Shown: positions 37,774 to 49,077 of the stretch, piece by piece
How positions within the stretch are numbered: the stretch's first letter is position 1
How the letters are laid out: each line of letters opens with the position of its first letter
NCBI RefSeq assembly: GCF_001194135.2
Contig: NC_068987.1
Coordinates: 108,510,102 to 108,559,178 of the forward strand
Length of the DNA stretch: 49,077 bases
Origin: Octopus bimaculoides
Taxonomy: Eukaryota
Direction of reading: 5' to 3'
The notes under the pieces: model-generated
The model's database searches: none
The model's input: the letters and a program-made list of their open reading frames with translations, nothing else
Told to the model about the DNA's origin: nothing
Translations under genes and position numbers: made by a program

Positions 37774-38157
37774 NNNNNNNNNNNNNNNNNNNNNNNNNNN
37801 NNNNNNNNNNNNNNNNNNNNNNNNNNNNNNNNNNNNNNNNNNNNNNNNNNNNNNNNNNNNNNNNNNNNNNNNNNNNNNNNNNNNNNNNNNNNNNNNNNNN
37901 NNNNNNNNNNNNNNNNNNNNNNNNNNNNNNNNNNNNNNNNNNNNNNNNNNNNNNNNNNNNNNNNNNNNNNNNNNNNNNNNNNNNNNNNNNNNNNNNNNNN
38001 NNNNNNNNNNNNNNNNNNNNNNNNNNNNNNNNNNNNNNNNNNNNNNNNNNNNNNNNNNNNNNNNNNNNNNNNNNNNNNNNNNNNNNNNNNNNNNNNNNNN
38101 NNNNNNNNNNNNNNNNNNNNNNNNNNNNNNNNNNNNNNNNNNNNNNNNNNNNNNNNN

Positions 38158-38207
<50 letters not shown>

Positions 38208-38599
38208 GTTTCATACATAATTACAGATAGATAAATATATTCAAACACACTTCAAAAGAAATACACATACATACAGACACCAATAAACAGTGATATATTA
38301 CCAGTAACATATATACATTCTCAGAGCAACATTTGTACACATGCAGCCTTATACTCAGATATACACACCCATAGACATATGTATTTTTATACGAAAGCAT
38401 AGATATGTGGAGTATAAAAATATAACAATAGTTTGTCCGTCGCTTTCGTCGATATGTGATCAAAGTGAATCATTTAATTAGGCTGATGATAATTTCTCAG
38501 ACTCTTGTATTGTTAACATAATCTTCTTGTAAAATAATGAGTGTTGCAGTGCTTGAGAGATCAGGTCCGTTGTGTTACAGGTAGAATCCATTCGACTGG

Positions 38600-38757
38600 C
38601 TTGCAGTATTCGTCTATCCAGCTACACAAGCAAGACCTGCGTTGGTTCGATACTCTGGTGAAAATTACATGCGCAAGATGCTATGCAGTAACATCGAACC
38701 TAGGGTCTTATGATTACGAAGCGAACATCTTAACCACGTAGCCATGCCTGCGCTCTG
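38600..38757 (-). mobile_element. Diverged tRNA-SINE head (family B related)
   Basis: Minus strand: gcgcaggcatggctacgtggttaagatgttcgct.cgtaatcataagaccctaggttcgatg. Confidence 0.55.
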
Positions 38758-40642
38758 TAAAAGGAAATCATATATACATCATGCATGTATATACAGTCAT
38801 GCATACAGATATACTCACACACAAATACATACATACATACACACTGCTCCTATCCTCAATGCTCAGCATGTGTAAAATAGGGAACAACTAATTTAACCGT
38901 GGTTAACTACACCTGTAGAAATACTAGCATGGGTCTCCTTAAACTATTATGCAATGATGTGTAAAAAGTAATATTAAACAACTTTCCTTCAAATATATTT
39001 CGCCTTTTATTTCAAACCCTGCATAGTGAGTCATGGTCAAGATCGCTTGGAAAGTCTATGATTTTTGACGAGAATTCAAACCTGTAATAACGGCAAGGAT
39101 CGGAGGGCACACCCATGCAGTTAGTTTAAGAGGAGGTGAAAAGAATATTTTGGACAACTGACAGAGTGTATCACAGAATCCATTCCTCTCGTTACAATAC
39201 AACTGCCAAATGTAATTGTGAAGGCGTACGAACAGTTGACTTTGTGAAGTACCAATAGAAATACATCAGCAGAATTACAAACCAACTTTATGTTGAGTAA
39301 AACTTTTGTATTTATGGAATGCATCTAAATCACTTAGTATTTCTAGTGCAAAGCCTTCACACGAAAAGCTGCCTTACCACAAGCCTAGTGAGCAATCCTT
39401 TCCCCAGAACACGAAGTGTGATAAGTGCAGGAGAACAAGAATATGCGACGAAGGTGAATGTGCGACATTTAAAGGTACAACGTATTCTTTTCTCAGATAT
39501 TTTCATGTACAACATCTTGTCTGGATGTATAATGTATTAACGGAGCGAACAAGAACAGTTTGTGGGGGATTAACCCAGTCACATCCGAAAATCTTACTTA
39601 GCCAGGATCAGATTGAGCTCATCTGCCTGCAAATGCTAATCATCACAAAACAGGTGCAACGTTATATAAGGACTTCCTTACCTTCAAAGGCACTGATGAT
39701 GCACCCTTCTAAATGGTACGCCCCAAAATGCGTCTCGTCGATAAAGATAACCAGAAAACATGGATTTGGAGGAAACAGTGTCAATCAGCGTTTGTTCACA
39801 GTTTATATTAAATATCAGCGTGATCAACTTTGACCGTATCTCTGTTAATATTCTAGGATTGCAGGGCAGTTGGAGATAGAAGCTGTCTTAACATGACCTT
39901 CTCGTGACAATTGGGACAGAAATGTCGGAACTCACGATGGACGTGGTTTTACTTATGATTGAAGGAAAGTTCTATTTGATGGATGGAACCAAAGTAATAG
40001 CAGCCATATCCTGATTTATAAATTGTTGAATTGGTAAAATCAGGTAGTACTCTGGAGGAAGTGGTGCACTTCGAAGAAAATGGAATTTGGTGCTGCCATC
40101 CATGAATCCTGAATACTAGTTGATTCTTGAAAAATGATCAACTTATTAAAAGAAGAACCAGGTAAAATATTCTGCTTCAATGCATATGAAGGAACAGTAA
40201 GTGTTATTTCATCATCATATTGTGTCACTATCTGCCATACCTGAAAACGTTATCCTTACCACAGCAATCTATGGGATAGCATACACACAACAGAGCAAAG
40301 GGCGCACGCTATATTCCAAAAGCAGGGTACTTTTACACGTAATTGATGATTCAATGAATCGCTTTAACGTCAAGTCTAATGGTTAATTTGATGCGGCAAA
40401 CTGATTTAATGTTAACTCATTGAATTTTCACGCATCACATGCACAATTTCCAACGCATTTATCACGGCCTTTCAAGGCAACAGAAGCAGGCTGCACTTAT
40501 TCGGAGGATAAAAGTACCCCTGTTTGCTGTATAGATCTCCTTATTTTTAATCTCTATGTTTATTTTCAAAAAATATTTCTTTCGAAATGTTCATACTCTA
40601 AACGGTTCTACCATATTTGGGATTCGTGCCTATGCTCCCTAA

Positions 40643-41252
40643 GATGATGCCATGGATCTTTTTTAAAACGGGGGCCACATTTTTCATTAACGAAACACTT
40701 TGAAACTTGGAACACTGGTAGAATGTGTCATATAAAACATCTTTTTCTCTTAGTCTTCTTTAAAAAAAAAGAAATCCCTAAGTTATTCCATGTTAAAGTT
40801 GTCGTATTTCTGTAATTTCAACCAATCACTGACGTCCATTCAGCCGATATACATTAAGTGCCGACTACATAAACAAACGATTCTGAAACAATTCTATCGG
40901 TGATAGGGTTAGGGTAAAACAGCAAATTTAAAAAGAAAAAAGCAAATAAAACGAAGAAAAAAAGAAAATGAAAAAAGCAAATTTAAAATGAAAAAAGCAA
41001 CTAAAACGAAGCTATGGCTTAATCAGCCAAAGGAGTAAATGTAAACAACTGAATACTTGTCAGTGATTGGTTGAAATTATCGAAATAAGACAATTTTTTA
41101 CATGAAATAAATTCGAATACAAAAATATTTTTCTGTTCTATAACACAAAATAGATAAGTATACGAAGTTTGAAAGTCTTTCCGTACCAAAAACACTACGT
41201 AAAACATTAATGAAAAATGTGGCCCCCGTTTTAAAAAGGATCCGATGCCATC
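40643..41252. mobile_element. 610-bp MITE with long imperfect inverted repeats, possibly Kolobok-type
   Basis: Inverted core ggatcYtttttaaaacgggggccacatttttcattaa at both ends; perfect 20-bp inner inverted pair (40814-40833 / 41059-41078); flanks ctaa|GA...TC|ttga are each one change from TTAA. Confidence 0.8.
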
Positions 41253-41422
41253 TTGAATAACTATTAAACAAATATTTGTACAAATAAAAAAATTAATTAA
41301 CAAAGAGCAATTTTTTATTGTTATATTTGGGGATGGTCATTCTTTTATTTATTTATTTATTTATTTTTTTGCCAAACAAAGACACGCACTGTATATTAGT
41401 TCTTCTCTTCAGGTCTATTACT

Positions 41423-41521
41423 TTAGTGTCCTTTGTCGAAATAATTTGTCACATATCTTGCGACCTCTTCAGCAACTTTCATTCCCACTTGTTTCCTCCT
41501 GTTCGAAATTATTTTGTCGCT
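41423..41521 (-). CDS. Candidate terminal coding exon (SDKIISNRRKQVGMKVAEEVARYVTNYFDKGH*)
   Basis: Acceptor ctttccgttcagttatcctAG, 32 protein-like codons to TAA, AATAAA downstream (within a microsatellite). Could instead be TE debris. Confidence 0.25.
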   Translation of the reverse strand, partial: SDKIISNRRKQVGMKVAEEVARYVTNYFDKGH

Positions 41522-41689
41522 CTAGGATAACTGAACGGAAAGCTCAAATGTTCTAAAACATTTATGGGTATAGATAATTAAAAAAAAAAACCCTGTTAGA
41601 AAGAACAGTGCGGTGAAAATCCGAATTTTCGTAGCATTATCTCTATTTTCAACATGTTCAACCACTTCAACGCAACACAGCAATTATCG

Positions 41690-41905
41690 CCGCCGCCAGC
41701 AACAACAACAAAAATGATATTACTACTATTACAGATTATATTATTACTACTACTACTGCTGCTGCTGCCGCCACTACTACTACCGATGCTGCTGCTGAGA
41801 ACATCTACAACATCAATAATATTAACTACCACAACAGTAGTTGCAGGAGCAGCAGCGACAACAAAAATATCAACAGCAACAACAATAATAATAATTATGA
41901 TAATG
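41690..41905. repeat. Degenerate compound trinucleotide repeat
   Basis: (ACA)/(ACT)/(GCT)/(AAT) runs. Confidence 0.85.
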
Positions 41906-42111
41906 AATTAACTGGTAAGATTTTCAATGTAAATTGAAATCAGACATTATAAGCACGAATTTGAAAGAGAAAAGAGAAAGAAGCCCACTAGGACAGTTGC
42001 CATAATGGTTTGTGCGTATTCAGGGGATGGGGGGCGTGGGAGAGAGAGAGAGAGAGAGAGAAAGAAAATAAGACGGTGTGTGTATGTGTGAAAGAGAAAG
42101 AGAGAGAGAGG

Positions 42112-42164
<53 letters not shown>

Positions 42165-43181
42165 AAGAGATGGATAAATAGATTGTGGGAAATTATGGCA
42201 AATTGCTCAGTGAATAGCGGACACAGAACTAATCTAAAAGAATAGTAATTCTTATATAGGATCAAGAACTCGTATTTAAAGATGAAAAGAAATGGCAAGT
42301 CTTGATATTTATTCCTTTCTTAGTCTCAGAGCTATGAGGAATGTAAGTGAAGTGAAGTGACTTCAAATGGAGATCAAATATGGTTGAGATCTCTGCTCGA
42401 AGCAAACATGCACCCACTCTCTCTCTCCCCTCTCTTTCTTTTTTCTTTCTTTCTTTCTCTTCCGATCTCTTTCTGTGTCTTTGTGTTCTGTAATAGAATA
42501 TTAAAACTGTTGTACATGAGGACTGACACTGTTAATTAAAATCTACACATCCCCACTCTTATATGATTTAGTCCTGTCTCCTGCAAGCACTAACTAATTT
42601 CGCCCTATTTGGATGTTCAAACGCCTCACCCTATTCATTCGCTATTATTCTTGACGTTAAAATACTTCTTTCTACCCTCTTTCTCTTTCTTGTCTAATTA
42701 GAAATAAGTATATTTAGACCAGCATGTATAATCTAGTTGCTTCACCGTACTTAATACACCTCGTGTATTGTGTTGCAATGGAAAGAAATATTCCCACCCT
42801 CTTCCCCACCGTTATGACTTATTTAATAATTATAAACATCCGCGTTTGAACTTGCATCCTACATTTTATAGCACATCATCAATACCAGCCAATGTGGAAT
42901 CATCTACGTAGTTGCTCAGCTTGATGAGAAATAGCAACCTGTCGATGACATCATCTCCCTTTAACAAGAGCAAGGACACATGTGTAAACTAGTCCTAGAT
43001 AGACTACGCCAGAAACTAAAGTAAGAACAGATTGTCAAAACTAGAAAGTCTGTGTTCATTGGTCTGCCTGCCCTATCAGGGCTCAACTAAAGAAAAAGCA
43101 AAGATGTGCTCAACAAGAACAGAAACCGTAGCAAGATGTTTTGCTGTTGGATGAAAAATATCTTGCATCCATTGCATATAT

Positions 43182-43224
<43 letters not shown>

Positions 43225-43529
43225 NNNNNNNNNNNNNNNNNNNNNNNNNNNNNNNNNNNNNNNNNNNNNNNNNNNNNNNNNNNNNNNNNNNNNNNNNNNN
43301 NNNNNNNNNNNNNNNNNNNNNNNNNNNNNNNNNNNNNNNNNNNNNNNNNNNNNNNNNNNNNNNNNNNNNNNNNNNNNNNNNNNNNNNNNNNNNNNNNNNN
43401 NNNNNNNNNNNNNNNNNNNNNNNNNNNNNNNNTTCATGGCAAACATATGGGCGTGTTTGCATGTTGTAAGATCTAGAACACCCATCAATTCGAAGATAAA
43501 ATATTGATTTCAAATTTTAGTACGTTTAA

Positions 43530-43731
43530 AAAGGCCGGCATGTTTGGGGAAGGAGTAAGTCGATTACAACGACCCCAGTGTTCAACTAGCATTTATTTTA
43601 TCACCCCACAAAAAAAACAAAAAAACTTGAAGAGCAAAATCGGCCTTGGCGGAATTTGAACTCAGAATATAAAGACGGCCGAAATATCGCTAAGCATATC
43701 GCCCAGCGTGCTAACGACTTCGCCAGCACGC
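43530..43731 (-). mobile_element. SINE family A
   Basis: gtcgattacaacgaccccagtg...ggaatttgaactcagaa...gctaagcat.tcgccc.gcgtgctaacga. Confidence 0.85.
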
Positions 43732-43769
43732 TGGCTGATTCCTGGACAAAATATTCGTTTCAAATTCTT

Positions 43770-43959
43770 GCACAAGTCCAACACGTTTCATGGAGAAGTA
43801 AGTCGATTACATCGCCCCCAATGCTCAACTGGTACCTATTTTATAGAACCCGAAATGAAAAGAGGCAAAGTCATACTTGTAGGATTTGAGCACAACCTAA
43901 ATACGACCAAAATACCGCTAATCATTTCGCCCGGCGTGCGAACGATTCCGGCAGCTCAC
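43770..43959 (-). mobile_element. SINE family A, tandem neighbour of previous copy
   Basis: gtcgattacatcgcccccaatgctcaactggtacc...ggcaaagtc...ataccgctaatcatttcgcccggcgtgc. Confidence 0.8.
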
Positions 43960-44354
43960 TAACTTACTCAAGGATAACATATTGGTCGTATCTCTAAATA
44001 TTACGTCAGCGGGTTTATGTAAAATTGAAATGGGAAAAGGATAAAGCTAGAATCATTTGCAATTTGAACTACCCAGATATTATCTCTAACATTTCTATAT
44101 ACTTCTCGTGTTATCAGTCTATCTATCAACCTATATACGCGACTTATTTATCTATACAAACAAAGACGAACATAACACACACACGCACACACACACACAA
44201 ACACAAACGCGCGCGCGCACACACACATGCACACACACGTGTATATCTTCATGTCTAGTTTCTTAAAACTCATCTCGTGTGAAAATGTTTGCGTTGTTAA
44301 AAGACATCCTTGTAATTATCACTTGCACTTGATATCGCCATCTCTGTTTATATT

Positions 44355-44377
44355 TCTTCTTCTTGTTCTTGTTCTTC

Positions 44378-44421
<44 letters not shown>

Positions 44422-44602
44422 CTTCTTCTTCTTCTTCTTCTTCTTCTACTTCGTCTTCTTCTTCTTCTTCTTCTTCTACTTCGTCTTCTTCTTCTTCTTC
44501 TTCTTCTACTTCGTCTTCTTCTTCTTCTTCTTCTACTTCGTCTTCTTCTTCTTCTTCTTCTTCTTCTTCTTCTTCTTCTTCTTCTTCTTCTTCTTCTTCT
44601 TT
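44355..44602. repeat. (TTG)n(TTC)n with a higher-order unit
   Basis: CTACTTCGT interruption occurs four times at 27-30-nt spacing. Confidence 0.95.
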
Positions 44603-45441
44603 CTTGATCTATGTATGTATGAATATACGTATGCATATATGTCTTTTTATATGCACATACTCTCTCACACGACAGACAAACCGGTATACAGTTACACACA
44701 CACACGCATATACATCACATGCGTATACCACATATATATGTGTGTATGTATGTGTAAATATATGTGTGGATATATATGTGTATGTATGCTTTCGCGTGAG
44801 TACGTGTGTGTGTGTATGTGCGTGTGCGTGTGTGTGTGTGTGTATGTGTGTGTGTGTGTTCGTGTTTGATTGTAAATACAGAATAAAATGTACAATACTT
44901 GAAGAAGATGGGTGAAATCAGCGTACGAAAGTAAGAAGGGGCACTAAATTTTATGTCATTGTACTTTTAGCACATTGCAATTTGTAGCATTAAAAATGAA
45001 ACCCTAACAAAAATTGAACACAAACGGATGCGCATACTCATACACGCATACACTAACCCACACAATGATAGATAATGGAGAGATGTCTGTACGTTCATAC
45101 ACATGCATAAAAGCCTACAGAAACTCTTACTCTTTCTCCCACTAGTCCTCTTTCTCTCTCTGTCTCTCTCTATCTATCTCTCTCTATCCATCGCTCTCTC
45201 TGTCACCCTCTGTCTCTTTTTCTCACTCGCCCTCCCATATTTGGCAGGAGAATTGGGTCGCCGCCGTTCGATGATTTAATTTGAGTTGTACGATTGACCA
45301 ATTTACCTATTCCTGAAATAATGTGACTGGAAATTCCACAGACATGTGTACCTTTCACGTAATTCACGGGCACAATCAGCGAGACACGTTGTTTGACTAT
45401 GTTGCTGCTGTTACATCCACACACACGCGCATACACGCACG

Positions 45442-45555
<114 letters not shown>

Positions 45556-45790
45556 CAGAGTGCAGTGAATAAACTGTCGTCTAAATTACGTAAAAATAAA
45601 AGTAAAACTGACATCTCATTTTAACAAATATATTTACCAAAATGACATAAAAATACCGTGAAATACTAAAGAGTAAAATTATGATTTGGCTTCAACTAAA
45701 GCCTCCACACGACTTCGAAATCTCCTGCAACTCTTCTGGATGGTCTTCTTTTTTAAGTTGGTGAATGTTGCCATAATCCTTCCATTCAGA
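45556..45790 (-). mobile_element. maT/DD37D transposon 3' end with terminal repeat
   Basis: 45685-45790 is an inverted homologue of 46260-46370; terminus TA|cagagtgcagtgaataaa. Confidence 0.75.
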
Positions 45791-45791
45791 G

Positions 45792-45988
45792 CAAACACAG
45801 ACAAACAAACAAACATACATATATACGACGGGTTTCTTTCAGTTTCCGTCTACCAAATCCACTCACAAGGCTTTGGTCGGCCCGAGGCTATAGTAGAAGA
45901 CACTTGTCCAAGGTGGCACGCAGTGGGACTGAACCCATAACCATGTGGTTAGAAAGCAAGCGACTTACAACACAGCCACACCTGCGCC
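45792..45988 (-). mobile_element. SINE family B 5' half
   Basis: About 90% identical to 46430-46595 in reverse orientation. Confidence 0.95.
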
Positions 45989-46062
45989 TGTACATATGTA
46001 TGTATATATGTATGTATGTATGTATGTATGTGCTTGTGTGTGTGCTTGTCTGCATGCATGTA

Positions 46063-46425
46063 TCTGGCAACATGACTCTGAACCATGCTACACGAGCAAG
46101 AGAACCCAGTCATGGCTGTCAGGCAATTTCTGCGACCACATCACCCCTAACATCTGTCCACCTACAAATTCCCCAAACTGCAACCCCCTTGATTATTATG
46201 TGTAGGGTGCAGTTGAGCGAGAGACCAAAAAAACTCCTTATAACACCAAAGATGGACTGAGGACAAGGATTATGTCAGCATTCACCAACTTCAAAAAAGA
46301 GACCGCCCACAGGGATTGCAGAAGATTCCGAAGTCGTCGCGAGGCCGTGGTTGAAGCCAATGGTGATTTTATGGAATAAATTTACTCTTTAGTATTTAAA
46401 GATAATTTTATGTAATGTTTGTAAA
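46063..46425 (+). mobile_element. maT/DD37D (Bmmar1-like) transposase 3' fragment
   Basis: WQHDSEPCYTSKRTQSWL...PPTNSPNCNPLDYYV*GAVERE...FRSRREAVVEANGDFME*; spacing is 38 here, 37 without one extra codon. Confidence 0.8.
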
Positions 46426-46429
46426 TGTA

Positions 46430-46839
46430 GGCGCAGGAGTGGCTGTTTGGTAAGTAGCTTGCTTACTAACCACATGTTTCCGGGTTCAGTCCCACTGCGT
46501 GGTACCTTGGGCAAGTGTCTTCTACTATAGCCTCGGGCCGACCAAAGCCTTGTGAGTGGATTTGGTAGACGGAAACTGAAAGAAGCCTGTCGTATATATG
46601 TATATATATATTCATGTGTGTGTGTATGTTTGTGTGTCTGTGTTTGTCCCCCTAGCATTGCTTGACAACCAATGCTGGTGTGTTTATGTCCCCGTAACTT
46701 AGCGGTTCGGCAAAAAGCGACCGATAGGATAAGTACTAGGCTTACAAAGAATAAGTCCCGGGGTCGATTTGATTGACAAAAGGCGGTGCTCCAGCATGGC
46801 TACAGTCAAATGACTGAAACAAGTAAATGAGTAAATGAG
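46430..46839 (+). mobile_element. SINE family B, full length
   Basis: Collinear with 14004-14417; tail gtaaatgagtaaatgag. Confidence 0.95.
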
Positions 46840-46851
46840 ATACATACATAT

Positions 46852-46944
46852 GTTGCTGTTGAAATTCCAATGATGAAGCCTTGGATCTAGGTTAGAAACC
46901 GACTCTTAGAATGGCAAGAAATCTTGAAATAAAACTTATAATGA
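46852..46944 (+). mobile_element. Extreme 5'-truncated copy of the R4/Dong-like element at 10346-11660
   Basis: Aligns with 11564-11660 (about 80% identity by eye); flanked by tacatacata and catacatacatac. Confidence 0.9.
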
Positions 46945-47425
46945 CATACATACATACTAGCATGCAGTTCACTACATTGAATACAAATAGGTTGAAATAA
47001 ATTTTTGGTACGCTTCGTATAAACAGCATAGATGTTGGAAACATAAATGAAATCACTCTTTGTTGCTTTGCGCAAAGGTTTTGCGTAATTTGAAATGCAA
47101 ATTACAAAAGAATGAATGATGACAATTGAGGCCCCGAGATAAAAAGCGAAGAACTTAATTACAGCTTAGATTTAATTTCTCTGAAGGCTGAAAATGTGTG
47201 TTGTTTCTGTTTTTAGGTGCTCATCAAAGTATGAATATCTATCTTGTATTCGCTGTAACATTAGTCTCGTAAATGCTGAGAGAATGCAGACAGGAACTGA
47301 GCTAGCTGTTATTCGTCGAATCAAGTTAAGAATTTGAATGACTGAGTACAAGTATCTTTGTTGCTTCGTTTATAAACTTGTTATGCTTGTTGTTATTGTT
47401 GTCTTGCAATTTTTCTCATTGTTAG

Positions 47426-47494
47426 TTTTCCGGTCGTATACATTTTTATGGAAACTATTCAGACGTCACACATCCGAGTCCTTGCATAACTGAG
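47426..47494 (+). CDS. Candidate 69-nt phase 0-0 coding exon (FSGRIHFYGNYSDVTHPSPCITE)
   Basis: Acceptor gcaatttttctcattgttAG, donor GAG|gtaaga, exactly 23 open codons; the other two frames contain stops. Confidence 0.5.
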
Positions 47495-47668
47495 GTAAGA
47501 CCGATGACCAACTATCCATTGATCCTCGTAGTTAAGGAAGATCAACTTGCAGATTTTGCTTAATTGGGAGTATACGTGTGTGTGAGAGAGAGAGAACGAT
47601 AGAGAGAGAAGAGAGACAAAGAAAGACAGAGAATGAGAGAAAGAGTGCATGCGTCTGTGAGTGTAAGT

Positions 47669-47712
<44 letters not shown>

Positions 47713-47924
47713 TATCAAACGTTGAGCGTCGACCCTGAGATTCGTCCTTTGCTGTTCAGGACTCTTGTGATCAGATAACAGCAAAATTAATTGTACGCTG
47801 TCTATGTTTGATATAATAAACATGAATCATATATTTAATTTACTCTATCAAACGTACTGAGTTCTACATTAAGTAATATTTGCACTGGATGGTATACATA
47901 CATACATACATACATACATACGTA

Positions 47925-48110
47925 GAGGATCACGGATCAATGGTATTGGTGTTGCACCCATATCGAAAGAATGTGGTTACGATTCCTGAAGTGTGCAATA
48001 CGTTGTGTTATTCATCAAGACGCTGAAAACAACGTTGTTTCAGGGCACTCAGTATAGAGGGGAGGGAATACACGAACCACAGAATTCACGAAACCGGCTT
48101 TATGAGCCTA
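47925..48110 (+). mobile_element. Highly diverged tRNA/CORE-like SINE
   Basis: ggatcaatggtattggtgttgcac...gtggttacgattcctg...cgttgtgttattcatcaagac. Confidence 0.45.
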
Positions 48111-49077
48111 CACTTCTGAAAGGAGTTTTCATCCTACTTGATACATATATATANNNNNNNNNNNNNNNNNNNNNNNNNNNNNNNNNNNNNNNNNNNNNNN
48201 NNNNNNNNNNNNNNNNNNNNNNNNNNNNNNNNNNNNNNNNNNNNNNNNNNNNNNNNNNNNNNNNNNNNNNNNNNNNNNNNNNNNNNNNNNNNNNNNNNNN
48301 NNNNNNNNNNNNNNNNNNNNNACAACATCAAGAAAAATGTGCTCTTTAAAATACTGACTTAAAAAACTATAAAATCCAAAAGACAATTTATAATCCATAA
48401 AATCTACAAATTATTTGATTAAAAATTTAATTCAGTTTAGTAAATTTATAAAAATGAAGGTGAATAATAGTCTACACGCATTTTGTGGCCACATAATAGT
48501 GGAAAAGATCTGTACAATTTACAATAAATCTATCAAGATAAGTTCCACTCAGAATGAAAACACTTTTCAGGTCTTGTAAATTCAAAAAACGTATAAAAAA
48601 AAAACGTATTTAACACCTTGACATGTTATGTATTGTACTAATAATTGCTTTCCTAAACGTACAGATATTTCTACTTTTTCATATTTTATTTCATTTGCAT
48701 TTTTAAATATTAGGATACGTTATATAAAGATATATATTGCATCTTTTAAATAAATAAATATATATATATTCAACACTTATAGGACGAAAACTGTTTCGTT
48801 GTTTTCAGAAAAGTAATGCATTCTGACGAATAATGAAGCATAGCTCTATCAAGGAATCGAAACCGAGCAGCAGTGTTTCAAACGGTTCCACAACTTTTAG
48901 CTGAAGAACTGCAATACCTAATATGCACACATTCACACGCGTTCTAACACAGCCTGCGTCCAAAGCATGTGCGCGTGTGTGTGTGCGTATTTATGCATGT
49001 ATATATAAATGTATGCATGTATGTATGTATATGCACACATAAATATATATATATATGGATATATATATATATATATA

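Noticed and set aside
40903-40916. TAGGGTTAGGGT telomere-like motif
   Set aside because: Only two units, inside a MITE.
42870-42935. GIIYVVAQLDEK, cadherin-like
   Set aside because: Immediate stop and no DxD or other cadherin motifs around it.
45253-45290. Acceptor followed by GELGRRRSMI* or ENWVAAVR*
   Set aside because: The polypyrimidine tract is a (CT)n microsatellite and the peptides are too short to support.
46868-46900. TGATGA-AGCCT...AGGTT-AGAAAC in the R4 3' UTR
   Set aside because: No C before TGA, an extra A before GAAA, and the other copy lacks TGATGA; at most a simple stem-loop.
48822-48864. CTGACGA...GAAAC
   Set aside because: No stem II closing pair.

Overview
AT-rich, microsatellite-saturated animal genomic DNA from a draft assembly (15 N-gaps, about 5 kb). 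The SINE families and the (AT)n/(AC)n/(AAT)n load resemble, from recall, Octopus (coleoid cephalopod) genomic DNA; this was not verified. No intact, recognisable host gene is present. Nearly all ORFs in the track are microsatellite or N-run artefacts, and the rest are decayed transposon ORFs. The window holds: four tRNA-derived SINE families (about 20 copies); Tc1/mariner relics of four catalytic types (DD34D, DD36E, DD37D, DD41D); three RTE LINE pieces; two R4/Dong-like restriction-endonuclease LINE families; Penelope-like pieces; and two MITEs. A few short candidate exons with good splice sites suggest most of the window may be intron of an unidentified plus-strand gene. Best leads: an HDV-like ribozyme fold at an RTE 5' end (14747-14837, minus), an R4/Dong-like element that appears to target (CATA)n, a 64-nt near-perfect hairpin made by template switching in a SINE, an RTE tail with three C2H2 fingers, and a DD36E Tc1 that resembles fish elements. 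All are hypotheses from manual reading, and I cannot claim a confirmed new biological system.
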